Positions 15,599 through 25,293 of a stretch of DNA of 64,000 nucleotides are shown here, in pieces (positions within the stretch are counted from its first letter, which is position 1; the number at the start of each line of letters is the position of its first letter). A model generated the notes under the pieces. That model saw only the letters and a list, made by a program, of their open reading frames with translations, was not told where the DNA came from and made no database searches. The DNA is from an uncultured Anaerolinea sp. (GTDB taxonomy: Bacteria; Chloroflexota; Anaerolineae; Anaerolineales; UBA4823). Location: NCBI GenBank assembly GCA_964531975.1, contig CAZHFU010000011.1, positions 36,233-100,232 on the forward strand, given 5' to 3'. The translations under genes were made by a program, and so were the position numbers.

Positions 15599-17155
15599 AT
15601 GACCCGTTTAATCAACGCCGACGGTCGGGATGTCACCCATGACACCCTGCGCGGCATCAAGAAAGCCATTACCGATGGCAACCTGAACAAAGCCGCCACC
15701 ATCACCACCGCCAGCGGCCTGGCGGCCTACAATCTGGAAGCTCCTTCGAAGGAGCTGTACCCGGTGCTCACGCCCCTTCGCAACCGCATCCGCCGCAAGA
15801 ATACGGGCAAAGGCACCGGCACGAACTGGAAAGAAGTGTCGGCCATCGTAGGCAGCGGCGTCTCGTCAATGGGCTGGGTGCCCGAGGGCCAGCGCAGCGC
15901 CCGCATGAGCGTTGTGACCGCTCCGCGCGCCGCCAACTTCGTCACTATGGGTGAAGAAAGCGACGTGACCTTCGAAGCCGAATCGGCTGCCGAGGGCTTC
16001 GAAGATGAGCTGGCCGCCAACGGCATGCGCCTGCTGAACGCCACCATGATCAAAGAGGAAATGGCGATCCTGGGCGGTAATCGCAGCGTGGCGCTGGGTA
16101 AACCCACCACGCCGGTCATCGCCGTGGACGCGGCCGGCGGGGCGATTGACGCTGGCGCTAACACCAAGCTGCGTGTGCGCGTGATCGCCCTGACCCTGGA
16201 GGGCTACCTGGCCTCCAGCCTTAGCAGTGGCATCCAGCGCCAGGCCAGCATTACCGGCATGGACGGCAAGACCTTCACGCTCAACGGCGGCACGTCCAAG
16301 GCCTCTGACGCAGGTGTGGCCGACATTGCTGGAGCCACCAACAGCTTCACTGCCAAGACCACCGCCATCAAAGGCGCGGTGGGTTACGCCTGGTTCGTCG
16401 AGCTGGGCGGCGGTGCTGAAAGCCTCGCCGCTTCGCACCTGGAAGCTATCACCACCATCAACAGCGTGAAGCTCACCGCCCTGAATGGCACCCTCCAGGC
16501 GCTCAATGCCGCCGGCATGAGCCTCGCCAGCGACTACAGCCGCAACGATGACAAGGCCTTCGACGGCCTGCTGTACTCGTTGTTCAACTCGCCCCTGGCC
16601 TACTACCGCGCTCTGGCCGATGGCACGCCCGGCGAAGGCACTGGGCTGAACAGCTCGGGCCGCGGTTCGATCACCGAGATCGACGAGATGCTGGAAGCCA
16701 TGTGGGCGCAGTTCCGCGTCTCGCCTGAAGAGCTGTATGTCAGCGCCCAAGAGCTGCGCAATCTGACCACCAAGACCCTCACGGCCTCGGGCGGCAGCAG
16801 CCTGCTGACCTTCGTGCAGCCCAACGCCCAGGGCGGCGCTCCGGTGATGATGGCCGGCAACACCATCGGCTACTACTACAACCCGTTCAGCCTGGATGGC
16901 GGCCAGATCATCCCGATCAAGCTGCACCCCAACCTGCCCCCCGGCCTGATCTTCGGCTGGGCCGAGAACCTGCCTGGCCAGTACCAGGCGGCCAACGTGC
17001 CCGAAACCGCCGGCATCGAAACCCGCCGCGAGTACTACCAGATCGACTGGGCTCCCGTCACGCGCGCCCGCGAGACTGGCGTTTACGTGGAAGAGGTGCT
17101 GAAAGTTTACGCGCCCTTCGCCCTGTGCGCCATCGGCAACATCGCCAACAAATAA
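15599..17155 (+). CDS. major capsid protein
   Basis: 518 aa directly after the protease-scaffold gene and followed by a GC-rich hairpin. Called on position and size. Confidence 0.75.
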   Translation: MTRLINADGRDVTHDTLRGIKKAITDGNLNKAATITTASGLAAYNLEAPSKELYPVLTPLRNRIRRKNTGKGTGTNWKEVSAIVGSGVSSMGWVPEGQRSARMSVVTAPRAANFVTMGEESDVTFEAESAAEGFEDELAANGMRLLNATMIKEEMAILGGNRSVALGKPTTPVIAVDAAGGAIDAGANTKLRVRVIALTLEGYLASSLSSGIQRQASITGMDGKTFTLNGGTSKASDAGVADIAGATNSFTAKTTAIKGAVGYAWFVELGGGAESLAASHLEAITTINSVKLTALNGTLQALNAAGMSLASDYSRNDDKAFDGLLYSLFNSPLAYYRALADGTPGEGTGLNSSGRGSITEIDEMLEAMWAQFRVSPEELYVSAQELRNLTTKTLTASGGSSLLTFVQPNAQGGAPVMMAGNTIGYYYNPFSLDGGQIIPIKLHPNLPPGLIFGWAENLPGQYQAANVPETAGIETRREYYQIDWAPVTRARETGVYVEEVLKVYAPFALCAIGNIANK

Positions 17156-17161
17156 GACACC

Positions 17162-17198
17162 GCCGCCCGGCCGGCCTTGCCATGCAGGGCCGGGCGGC
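17162..17198 (+). terminator. GC-rich hairpin after the capsid gene (weak or partial terminator)
   Basis: GCCGCCCGGCC / GGCCGGGCGGC, 11-bp stem, 15-nt loop, poor T-tail. Confidence 0.35.
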
Positions 17199-17239
17199 TA
17201 CGCATCTTTCGCCTGAAATCGGCTAAACGCCTGGAGGAT

Positions 17240-17710
17240 ATGATGAGCAATACCCAGAAGATCTCCCGCATTGCTTTTGCGGCCTGCTTGGCCTTGATCC
17301 TGGTGGGCATGATGGTGGCCACCATGCGCGTCAGCGCCGCCCCCGATCTGATCCCCACCCCGGTGACCAACCCCGGGGCGCGCTCGGCTTCCGTTCTGGC
17401 TCCGGTCAACTTTTACCGCTCGGTGGCGGTGACCTCCGACGGACGCGGCCTGACATATAACTTGAGCGCCTACAACATCCTGGACGTGCAGTACGTCATC
17501 GACCAGGGCACAACCAACACCATCACGCTGAAGGTGCAGTATTCCTGCGACGGCGTGAACTGGAGCGACGGGCCCACCATCGCCAGCGCCAAGGCGGCTG
17601 ACACTTCGGACATCTTACAGGTGAACAACTACTGCCGCTACACCAACATCTACGCTGATGTGGCCAACACCAACCCGGTCACGATCACGGTTGTCGGCGT
17701 CGCCAAATAA
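17240..17710 (+). CDS. hypothetical beta-rich protein with a signal-peptide-like N-terminus (start uncertain)
   Basis: MMSNTQKISRIAFAACLALILVGMMVATMRVSA-AP. GGAGGA lies only 1 nt before the ATG. Internal Met starts are possible. Confidence 0.5.
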   Translation: MMSNTQKISRIAFAACLALILVGMMVATMRVSAAPDLIPTPVTNPGARSASVLAPVNFYRSVAVTSDGRGLTYNLSAYNILDVQYVIDQGTTNTITLKVQYSCDGVNWSDGPTIASAKAADTSDILQVNNYCRYTNIYADVANTNPVTITVVGVAK

Positions 17711-18315
17711 TGGACTACACCGATCTCTCCCGCGTCAAAGAGGCCTTGGGGACCGAAACACCCAGCGATGACGCCATCCTGGCCGACCTGATCACCGCCG
17801 CCAGTCGAGATTTCGACCGGCGCGTTACCGGGGCGCCTTCTGGCGCGGGAGCAGATTACTTCGCCCTGGAAACCGTCACGGGCGAGATCGGCAAGGGCCT
17901 GGTGACGGCGCGCGGCAATATCCTGTACACCGCCCGCAAGAGCGTGGTGCAGAGCGTGGCACGCTTCGAATTCCGGGCTTCGCCGCTGTCGAGCTGGGTG
18001 GAAGCATCCCCAGACCTGATCACCATCGATAACAACGTGGTGATGGTGTGGACAGCGGCGGCTCACCTGCGCGGCGAGAGCGGCCTGCAGGTGCGGATGG
18101 ATTACACCGGCGGCGTGGCCGAAGACAACGCCGGTCTACCGGCCGACCTGGTGGAGGCGGTCACCGTGCTGGTGGTGCGCATGTATCGCGAAGCGCAGAC
18201 CGGCATGGCCGACTCGGTGGGGGTGGCCGAGCTGGGCACGATGAGCTACACCAAGGCCATGCCGGCGCGCGTGCGTGAGGTGGTGCGGCAGTACCAGCGA
18301 GTAGCCCCATGGTAG
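17710..18315 (+). CDS. head-tail connector (gp6-like)
   Basis: N-terminal DLSRVKEALGTETPSDDAILADLITAASRDFDRR is typical of gp6-like connectors. ATAATG overlap with the upstream gene. Confidence 0.6.
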   Translation: MDYTDLSRVKEALGTETPSDDAILADLITAASRDFDRRVTGAPSGAGADYFALETVTGEIGKGLVTARGNILYTARKSVVQSVARFEFRASPLSSWVEASPDLITIDNNVVMVWTAAAHLRGESGLQVRMDYTGGVAEDNAGLPADLVEAVTVLVVRMYREAQTGMADSVGVAELGTMSYTKAMPARVREVVRQYQRVAPW

Positions 18316-18338
18316 GTGGTGATGGTAGGTGGTGATCG

Positions 18339-18806
18339 ATGAGCGTAGCCAACGTCAAAACCCGCCTGGCCGAGATCGCCAGGGACATCGAAGGCGTGCG
18401 CCGGGCCGAAGCCGAGCCGCCGCGCCAGCTGCCTGCCGGCGACCTGCCGTTCTTTACCGCTTTCACCGGGCCGGCCACGTTCGATTGGCGCAGCCTGGGC
18501 GCCGATTACAACCAGGCCACGCGCCAGTACATCCTGCGCCTGTACGTCAAGCCGAAAGGCGCCGGCATCGATGGCGAGGTCGAGCGCCTGTGCCAGCCGT
18601 TCTTCGAGCGCGTGCTGGAGGCGTTTGCACGCAAACCGGCGCTGGGGTTGGGAGTGATCGACACCCAGCTCCCCGGCGTGGACGCGCTGCTGTTGAGCGA
18701 TTCCGGCGTGGCCGTGCTGCCTTTCGCCGGTGATGAGTTTATCGGGATCGAGTGGCGGCTGCAGGTGACTGAAACCTTCGAGCGCCGCTATGATCCGGGA
18801 GAATAA
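18339..18806 (+). CDS. hypothetical head-tail joining protein
   Basis: 155-aa ORF between the connector and tail tube genes. Confidence 0.5.
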   Translation: MSVANVKTRLAEIARDIEGVRRAEAEPPRQLPAGDLPFFTAFTGPATFDWRSLGADYNQATRQYILRLYVKPKGAGIDGEVERLCQPFFERVLEAFARKPALGLGVIDTQLPGVDALLLSDSGVAVLPFAGDEFIGIEWRLQVTETFERRYDPGE

Positions 18807-18808
18807 CT

Positions 18809-18985
18809 GTGGACCCCATCGTCTGCCCGGCCTGCGGGCAACCCATTACGCTTGCGCCTGACCCGAAATACCCCGGCTATGCCACGGCCTATTGCCCGTG
18901 CAACTCCGTCGGGCCGGTGGTGCAAAAGTGGATCGGGGAACAGCCCAAGCCGGCCGCCCCCGAGAAGAAACTGAAGGGAGAATAA
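18809..18985 (+). CDS. small zinc-ribbon-like protein (58 aa), below the ORF-track cutoff
   Basis: GTG start 6 nt after GGGAGA. Translation VDPIVCPACGQP...YCPCNS. The same GGGAGAATAAC junction precedes the next gene. Confidence 0.4.
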   Translation: MDPIVCPACGQPITLAPDPKYPGYATAYCPCNSVGPVVQKWIGEQPKPAAPEKKLKGE

Positions 18986-18988
18986 CCC

Positions 18989-19804
18989 ATGACCGCTCCT
19001 TTAGGGAAAGGTTTACCCGTCGGCCTGCGTCACGCTCAGCTTTTTGAGCTGAACGCCGCCGGGCTACCCAACGCCACATCCACCACGCCCTACGAGGGCC
19101 TGGAAATCGTAGGCCCCAAGACCTACGAGCTGAACATCCCCGACGCCCGCGTCATCTCACACGAAGGCGGCGACGGAGTGCTGGATACGGACGTACTGCC
19201 GCCCAAGGAAGCGCCCACGGGCGCGCTGCGGGCGGCGCGCAACGATCACGACATCTACGCACTGGTCACCGGCACGAAGGCGCGCACGCTGGGCGAAGCG
19301 CGCATGATTGGCATTGCCACCAGCAAGCAGGGCTACGAGCCCGAGTTTGGACTGCTGCTGTACCAGCAATCCAAAGAACTGGGCGGGCGCGTGTGGCGCT
19401 CGTTCATCCTGCCTAAAGCGCGCCTGATTGTGAAGCCCTCCGGCATGGTGGAAAACGCCGCCGAACACACCTTCCAAATTCAACCGTCGAAGGTATCGAA
19501 AGCGCTGTGGGGTGCGGCCTATACTCTGGCCACTGAGGGCTTTACGCGGGCCTTCCATGAGGAATGGGAAACGCAGTACCAGCCCTGGATCGTGGCCTGG
19601 AAGGGCGACAACGTCGCCACCGAGTTCCTGTTCCACGCCGACCGCCCGGCGGTGGCCACCACCAAGATTCACGGCGTGTGGGTGAACAGCACGCTAGACG
19701 CCACCGCCACCAAAGCCGTGGACAAGATCACGCCAACCACCAAGCCGGCCTCGGGCGACATCATCGTGGCCTTCATCGAGATCGCCAATCCGATGGAGGG
19801 CTAA
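18989..19804 (+). CDS. major tail (tube) protein
   Basis: 271 aa immediately upstream of the G/GT chaperone pair and the tape measure gene. Confidence 0.55.
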   Translation: MTAPLGKGLPVGLRHAQLFELNAAGLPNATSTTPYEGLEIVGPKTYELNIPDARVISHEGGDGVLDTDVLPPKEAPTGALRAARNDHDIYALVTGTKARTLGEARMIGIATSKQGYEPEFGLLLYQQSKELGGRVWRSFILPKARLIVKPSGMVENAAEHTFQIQPSKVSKALWGAAYTLATEGFTRAFHEEWETQYQPWIVAWKGDNVATEFLFHADRPAVATTKIHGVWVNSTLDATATKAVDKITPTTKPASGDIIVAFIEIANPMEG

Positions 19805-20154
19805 TGCGAACCAAGACCATCGCCTTTGATGAAGACCAGCAGCATGTAGAAGTCACCGTGCGCCGGGCGAGCTTTCTGGACGATCTGGAGCGTTCGCAGA
19901 TGATCACCGAGGCGCTGGAAGCCGAAGCGCAGCCAGACCTATCGCCGCGCGAACAGGCGGTGCGCACCGCTACGATCGTCATCTGGCCGTCGGTCATGGT
20001 GGCGACCGAACAGGTGATCGGGCTGCACTGGCCCATGGATTTTGAGGAGTTCCTCGATCTACCATCGGCGCTGGTGGATGCGTGGATGGCGGCGATCTGG
20101 GAACAGAACCCGGCCTGGTCGACGAAGGGGACGGCGGCCGAAAAAAAAGCCTGA
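19804..20154 (+). CDS. tail assembly chaperone (G-like)
   Basis: ATG overlaps the TAA of the tube gene. Acidic 116-aa protein that ends just after an A8 run. Confidence 0.7.
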   Translation: MRTKTIAFDEDQQHVEVTVRRASFLDDLERSQMITEALEAEAQPDLSPREQAVRTATIVIWPSVMVATEQVIGLHWPMDFEEFLDLPSALVDAWMAAIWEQNPAWSTKGTAAEKKA

Positions 20155-20414
20155 TCGAGTCCACGGATGCGCTGTATGACTTTCTGCGGCGCGTCGTGGA
20201 TGACGAACCAGACGACAGCCTGCCCGAGACGGTGAAGCTGCACGACCAGGCGTTTGCACCGCGGGTATTCCTGATGATGGAGGCTTTCAACTGGCGCTTC
20301 CTGCCCAGCCAGATCCTGGCCGAAGATGCGATGCTGATGGAAGATCTGCTGCAGATGCGTGGGCTGAAGTTCACGATTGATCGGGCGCTGCACCCGCCTA
20401 AAAAGCAGGTGTAG
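19804..20414 (+). CDS. tail assembly chaperone -1 frameshift product (GT-like)
   Basis: Frame 1 to frame 3 shift at A AAA AAA (20142-20148). The -1 frame is open to 20414 (KKSLIESTDALYDFL...). Confidence 0.6.
20142..20148 (+). promoter_or_regulatory. programmed -1 ribosomal frameshift slippery heptamer
   Basis: GCC GAA AAA AAA GCC TGA. The heptamer A AAA AAA is in the zero frame, 4 nt before the stop. Confidence 0.65.
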
Positions 20415-20447
20415 CGCTCGTTTTCAAACAGTAAGGGTTTATAGCGT

Positions 20448-22877
20448 ATGAGCGACCAGATAGTTGAGCTGCTGCTGCGCCTTACTTTAGACGGCCAGGG
20501 CCGGAGCCAGATGCGCTCCGGTTTGGCTGATATGAAAGCGTCTTTGGCGCACCTGCGCTCTGAGGCCGACAAAACGCGCCAGGCGATCAACGATGCCTTA
20601 AGCAAAGGCGATGCCGAGGGGGCTAAGCGGCTGCGCGGCGAGCTGGATTATCTCGAAGGCCAGCTCAAAGATATTGATGATGCAGCGCAAGGGATGGGCG
20701 ACCGCCTGATGCAGGCGGCAAAGGAAAGCTCGCAGCGCATGCGTGAGCTGGCCGAACGGCTGCAAAACGTAGGCCGCACGATCGGTATTGCCGGGGGCGT
20801 GGCGCTGGCCGGGATGGCGAAATCGGCTAACGATTACGCCCAACGCATGGGCACCATGGAAAGTACCAGCCAGCAATGGTTGGCGACCAGCCGCCGTCTG
20901 GAGCAAGCTAACGTTCGCCTTGGCCGCGCTTCGGCCCAGGCGCTCCAGCCGTGGTATGACCGCCTGGCACAGATCACCAATATGGCGGCCAGTTTTGCGG
21001 AGAAGAATCCCAACTCGGTCGCAGGTCTGGCGACGGCAGCGCTAGCTGCGGTGGGAACCGGCGGCGTGTTGGAGACAGCCGGACAAGGCATTCGCCTAGT
21101 AGCGGATATCAAGCTGTTAACTGCTGCGGCGCTCTTTAAGTCATCCGCCGATACAAATTTAAAAGCTGCCGGCCTTCAGGCGATATCTGCCAAAAGCATG
21201 CTTGTTACCTTTGGGGCAGTCGCCGCTGTTATCGCCGGGGCGGTGGCGATTTTCAAGCTCTCCGAAGGCGCGGGAAAAGCGGCGGCCAAGGGCGGCAGCG
21301 TCACCGATGCCGGGAAAGCTATTGGAGGCGCTTCCTTTCTCGTAAACCCTATTACAGCTCCATTTGGAGCTGCGGGAATGGCAGCAGGTTTTATTGGCGA
21401 AAAGTTTACTTCTGGAAAGCTAGATAGTATTCCCGGAGTTGAAGCATTACGCAAGCAATTAGATGACCTGGGCCTCGCCGCTAATAATACAGCCCAGACC
21501 GTTGAAGAACTGGCGAAAAGCTGGGACCAAACCAGCGACGCGTATAAGCTGTACGCCCAAACCTTGCAGGCCGAGCGGGAGGCCAAGCGGACCTACGAAA
21601 AGCAGCGCTCCCAGATCGAGCGGGAAGGGGAGCAAGAACGCACGCGCATCGTACAGGAATTAGGTGCCCAGCGCACGCAGTTGGAGGCGCAGTATGCCGC
21701 CCAGGTGAGCCAGGCCAATAAGAAGCATAACACCGAGATGCAGCGCATGGCCCAGGATCACTTCCGGGCCATGCGGGATTTGCAGGCGCAGTACGAGCGA
21801 GACACGCAGCAGGCCGAGCAGCAGTACCAGCAGCAGCAGGCCAGCCTGGCCACGGGCCTAAACGACCAGCTCGCCAGCCTGCAGCAGAACTTTCAGAGCA
21901 GCATGGAATCGCTGCGGCGTGAGCATCTGCGCCGCCTGCAGCAGATGGAAGAGGATCACAACGCCCGGGTGGATGACCTGGTGGGGGCGCGTGACGCCCT
22001 GGGCCTGGCGGCGGAAAACCGCAACTACGCTCGCCAGAAGAAAGCCGAGCAGCAGGCGTATAACGATCAGATCGCCGATCTGCGCCGGCAGTTGAGAGAG
22101 CAAACCGCCGCAGCGCGCGACGAATACCGCAAGCAGTTAGCCGAGCTGCAGCGCAGCTTCGCCGAGCAGCAGAAGCAGCGAGACGCCGAGTACGAACGCC
22201 AGAAGCAGCAAGCTGATGAACAGTATGCCATCCAACGCTCACGGGCCGAGGCGGACTTCAAAGACCGGATGGCGCAAATGGCCGACCAGCACAGCGCCGA
22301 GATGCGCGAGAGCGCCCGGCAGTTTGCCGAGCAGATGCGCCAATCGCGTGACAACCAGCGGCAAAAGCTGCAAGAGCTGCAGCGCTCTTACCAGGAAGAA
22401 AGCCGCCAGCGCATCGATGCTCTGACTACCCAAACAAAAGAGCTGCTGGGCATTCAACAGACCGGGCAGACGGAATCACTCGCCAGTGCGAAACAATACT
22501 GGGCAGACCTGGTGGCGGAGCAAAAAGCGGCTACCGGGCAATCTCCCACGCCCAGCCAGGGCGGTGGGCGCGCCTCGGGTGGATATGCGTCTTACGGGCG
22601 TTACAAGCTGGGCGAGGTGGGCGAAGAGTTCGTGCTGACCAACGCCACCACGCGGGCGATGGAAGCGGCGGTGGGCGGGCGGCTGACGCAAGAGCGCCTG
22701 CTGATGCAGATCGTCGCCTCACGCCGCCGGGCAGTCAGCGAAAGCCGCGGACAGAACGTGACGATCCATGCCAACTACCAGTTCAGCGGCACGCTGGGCG
22801 CAGCCGAGAAAGACTGGATTCGGCGGGCGTCTTACGAATCGGCCCAGCAGGGGCTGCTGGACGCGCTGGGAGGCTAA
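20448..22877 (+). CDS. tape measure protein
   Basis: 809 aa with long coiled-coil Q/E/R-rich regions and a hydrophobic middle. It follows the G/GT pair. Confidence 0.85.
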   Translation: MSDQIVELLLRLTLDGQGRSQMRSGLADMKASLAHLRSEADKTRQAINDALSKGDAEGAKRLRGELDYLEGQLKDIDDAAQGMGDRLMQAAKESSQRMRELAERLQNVGRTIGIAGGVALAGMAKSANDYAQRMGTMESTSQQWLATSRRLEQANVRLGRASAQALQPWYDRLAQITNMAASFAEKNPNSVAGLATAALAAVGTGGVLETAGQGIRLVADIKLLTAAALFKSSADTNLKAAGLQAISAKSMLVTFGAVAAVIAGAVAIFKLSEGAGKAAAKGGSVTDAGKAIGGASFLVNPITAPFGAAGMAAGFIGEKFTSGKLDSIPGVEALRKQLDDLGLAANNTAQTVEELAKSWDQTSDAYKLYAQTLQAEREAKRTYEKQRSQIEREGEQERTRIVQELGAQRTQLEAQYAAQVSQANKKHNTEMQRMAQDHFRAMRDLQAQYERDTQQAEQQYQQQQASLATGLNDQLASLQQNFQSSMESLRREHLRRLQQMEEDHNARVDDLVGARDALGLAAENRNYARQKKAEQQAYNDQIADLRRQLREQTAAARDEYRKQLAELQRSFAEQQKQRDAEYERQKQQADEQYAIQRSRAEADFKDRMAQMADQHSAEMRESARQFAEQMRQSRDNQRQKLQELQRSYQEESRQRIDALTTQTKELLGIQQTGQTESLASAKQYWADLVAEQKAATGQSPTPSQGGGRASGGYASYGRYKLGEVGEEFVLTNATTRAMEAAVGGRLTQERLLMQIVASRRRAVSESRGQNVTIHANYQFSGTLGAAEKDWIRRASYESAQQGLLDALGG

Positions 22878-22880
22878 AAG

Positions 22881-23249
22881 ATGTCATTCGCCATCGGCAC
22901 TACCACAGCCAATCTAACAGAGCTCAGCGCGCTTGGCCTGACCGACCCGAAAGCGTTTTTTAAGCAGGGTGTACGCCGCACAATGGTCAACGGCCAGGCC
23001 AGGGATACCGGTGCGCCGCAGGCGGTGTGGCGCTGGGGCTTTCTGCGCCAGGCGGCGCGTGATGTGCTGCGAACTTACTGCCCTGGGGCTTCGGCCACGG
23101 TGTACATTCGCACACGCAAGTTGGATAACTCCGACGCGTTTGAGGTGTACCAGGCCATCATGATCTGGCCTGAAGAAGAAGACCTCGACGGGTACCGGCG
23201 CATCGGCTTCGACATTCAATTTCGCCAACTGGTGGTGACCGCGATATGA
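22881..23249 (+). CDS. minor tail protein
   Basis: 122-aa ORF directly after the tape measure gene. Confidence 0.5.
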   Translation: MSFAIGTTTANLTELSALGLTDPKAFFKQGVRRTMVNGQARDTGAPQAVWRWGFLRQAARDVLRTYCPGASATVYIRTRKLDNSDAFEVYQAIMIWPEEEDLDGYRRIGFDIQFRQLVVTAI

Positions 23250-25291
23250 GATCAATCACTTCTGGAGAGCTAACCAAGCTGCGCAGCGCGCCGCAGAACA
23301 GCAAGCTATATCTGGCGATCCCATCACCGGCGGTTCTGCTGAAAGCCAGCCTGCGCGCCTTGCCAACCGAAGAGAACGGCTCGTATTACGAGCTGCCTAC
23401 CACCAAGATCAGCGGCAGCATCAGCAGCGTCATCCCCGACCTGACGGTGATGGTGACCGACAGCACAGACGCCACCATCAAGGGTTGGTGTCGGGTGCGA
23501 GTAGCGCCGATCATGGAGACCTGGCTGCAGATCGGTGAGATCTCGACCGGCGATATTGCCTTCGCCGTCGGAGATCACCTGCACGTGCTGGACGCTTTCC
23601 ATGTATTCCCCAAACACATCCGCCTGGTGGGCAAGAAGAACCCGGTCATCTATCAGGATTGGAACATCGCCTATTCCAACCAACACGCCGCCCTGGACCC
23701 GGTTCCGGTCTTGGGCCCAGACGTGGTGGCATGGAAACCCGCAGGAGCCAGTTACATCGATGTAGCCTTCGATGCTTCAGGCTCTTACGTGCTGGGCGGC
23801 AGCGTGAGCGCATATGCCTGGGCCTGCGCCGGGATAACGATCACCGGTGGAACCACGGCCACACCTTCGATGCGTTTTTACAACGCCGGCCGCTACCGGG
23901 TGAGCTGCGCCCTTACTTCGGCGGCGGGGAAGACGTTTACCGGCTATCGCTATGTGACCCTGTACGATGAGGCCCACCCGCCCATCACCCAGGTCGAACT
24001 GCTAAACATCCAGGGCAGTTGGGATGCGGGCGGCTGGAGCTTCAGCGTGCGCGCCTATGGAGAGATGTCGATCAGCCAGGTGCGCGAGCGGGCGCAGGTG
24101 TTTCTCTGCGCGCGTGATTGGTATCAAAATGTGGAAGGCTCGCTTGGGCCGGTCACAGGACGTGAGAATATTATCGCTACGGGGTGGATCGTAGGCAGCT
24201 CGATCAACGTGCACTTCGAAGAAGGCTTTGTGGAATTCGAAGTGCAGGGCGCGCAGCATTGGATGGAACTGTGTGACGCCTTCCCGGCGGGGGTGGAGGA
24301 CACGGACTTCGCCGATAATGGCGGCGGAAACCCCAGCGCCTGGACGCAAATGCTGGACCTGACCACCGATAAGGGCATCTGGCACTTGCTGCACTGGCGC
24401 TCGACTCTGACGCGCTTCACCGATGTGTTCTTGACCGGCGACACGAAACAGGCTGCAATGGTGCAGGCGCCCGATTCTACGCTGTGGTCGCAGTTGATGA
24501 CGATGGCCAACGGCACGATCCTGGCCTGGCCGTGCTTCGACCGCTACGGGCGACTGTTCGTGCAGGTGGAGCCAAACTACTGCCCATTATCGGAACGGAA
24601 CACCTGGCCGGTGGTGATGGACCTGCAAAGCGATGAGATGGACGAGCTGAGCGTCGAGCCGCGCACGGTGAACGGGTACAGCCAGGTGGAGGTGAGCGGG
24701 GTGTGGTATCAGAACAAGAAGTACGCTCCGATCGGGGCGCGCTCCCCGGGCGAGATACCCGCCTGGACCGGCCAGGAAAGCGCCCAGCTTACCGAGCTGA
24801 TCATGGGCGACCAGGCCCACGCGCTGGAGCTGGCCGGGTTGGTGGCTGGCTCGCTGGCTGGGCCGATCGAGGCGGCCAGCTGCACCATCTCTAACAACAA
24901 CCGCTTTATCGATGTGGCCGGGCGGGGTTTTGTGCGCTATTCATTCGTGGCGGCAGATAACGTGCGCGGCTTTGCCCTGGCCAACGCCCGGCTGATCCCG
25001 CGGCAGGTGGGCTTTGAATACGATCCCGAATCGGGGCAATTGGTCTGCCGCCTGGATTTGATTGGCGAAGGGGTGCAGCTGGGTGCGGTGAAGATGACCT
25101 TCCCAAACGAAAGCGAGCCGCCCGAGCAGCCGCCCAACGAGCCGCCCGAGCCGCCTTCACCTCCGGGCGAGCCGCCCCAGCCGCCCGAGCCGCCCACCAA
25201 TGGCATCCACGCCATCTGCGCCATTACCAGTGATGTGCGCACCACAACAGCCATCGAAGTTTCCAGCCCGACGTGGACATCGGAGGTTTAA
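23246..25291 (+). CDS. tail tip/baseplate protein with a Pro-rich C-terminal linker
   Basis: 681 aa, ATGA overlap with the upstream gene, (EPP)n-like tract near the C-terminus. Confidence 0.55.
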   Translation: MRSITSGELTKLRSAPQNSKLYLAIPSPAVLLKASLRALPTEENGSYYELPTTKISGSISSVIPDLTVMVTDSTDATIKGWCRVRVAPIMETWLQIGEISTGDIAFAVGDHLHVLDAFHVFPKHIRLVGKKNPVIYQDWNIAYSNQHAALDPVPVLGPDVVAWKPAGASYIDVAFDASGSYVLGGSVSAYAWACAGITITGGTTATPSMRFYNAGRYRVSCALTSAAGKTFTGYRYVTLYDEAHPPITQVELLNIQGSWDAGGWSFSVRAYGEMSISQVRERAQVFLCARDWYQNVEGSLGPVTGRENIIATGWIVGSSINVHFEEGFVEFEVQGAQHWMELCDAFPAGVEDTDFADNGGGNPSAWTQMLDLTTDKGIWHLLHWRSTLTRFTDVFLTGDTKQAAMVQAPDSTLWSQLMTMANGTILAWPCFDRYGRLFVQVEPNYCPLSERNTWPVVMDLQSDEMDELSVEPRTVNGYSQVEVSGVWYQNKKYAPIGARSPGEIPAWTGQESAQLTELIMGDQAHALELAGLVAGSLAGPIEAASCTISNNNRFIDVAGRGFVRYSFVAADNVRGFALANARLIPRQVGFEYDPESGQLVCRLDLIGEGVQLGAVKMTFPNESEPPEQPPNEPPEPPSPPGEPPQPPEPPTNGIHAICAITSDVRTTTAIEVSSPTWTSEV

Positions 25292-25293
25292 AC

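Noticed and set aside
25105-25200. GAGCCGCCC-type 9-bp repeats (EPP repeats) in gene 23246-25291, and GTPPA repeats at about 58130-58180 in the host GNAT gene.
   Set aside because: These are in-frame Pro-rich linker sequences. This is low-complexity coding sequence rather than a regulatory or mobile repeat.
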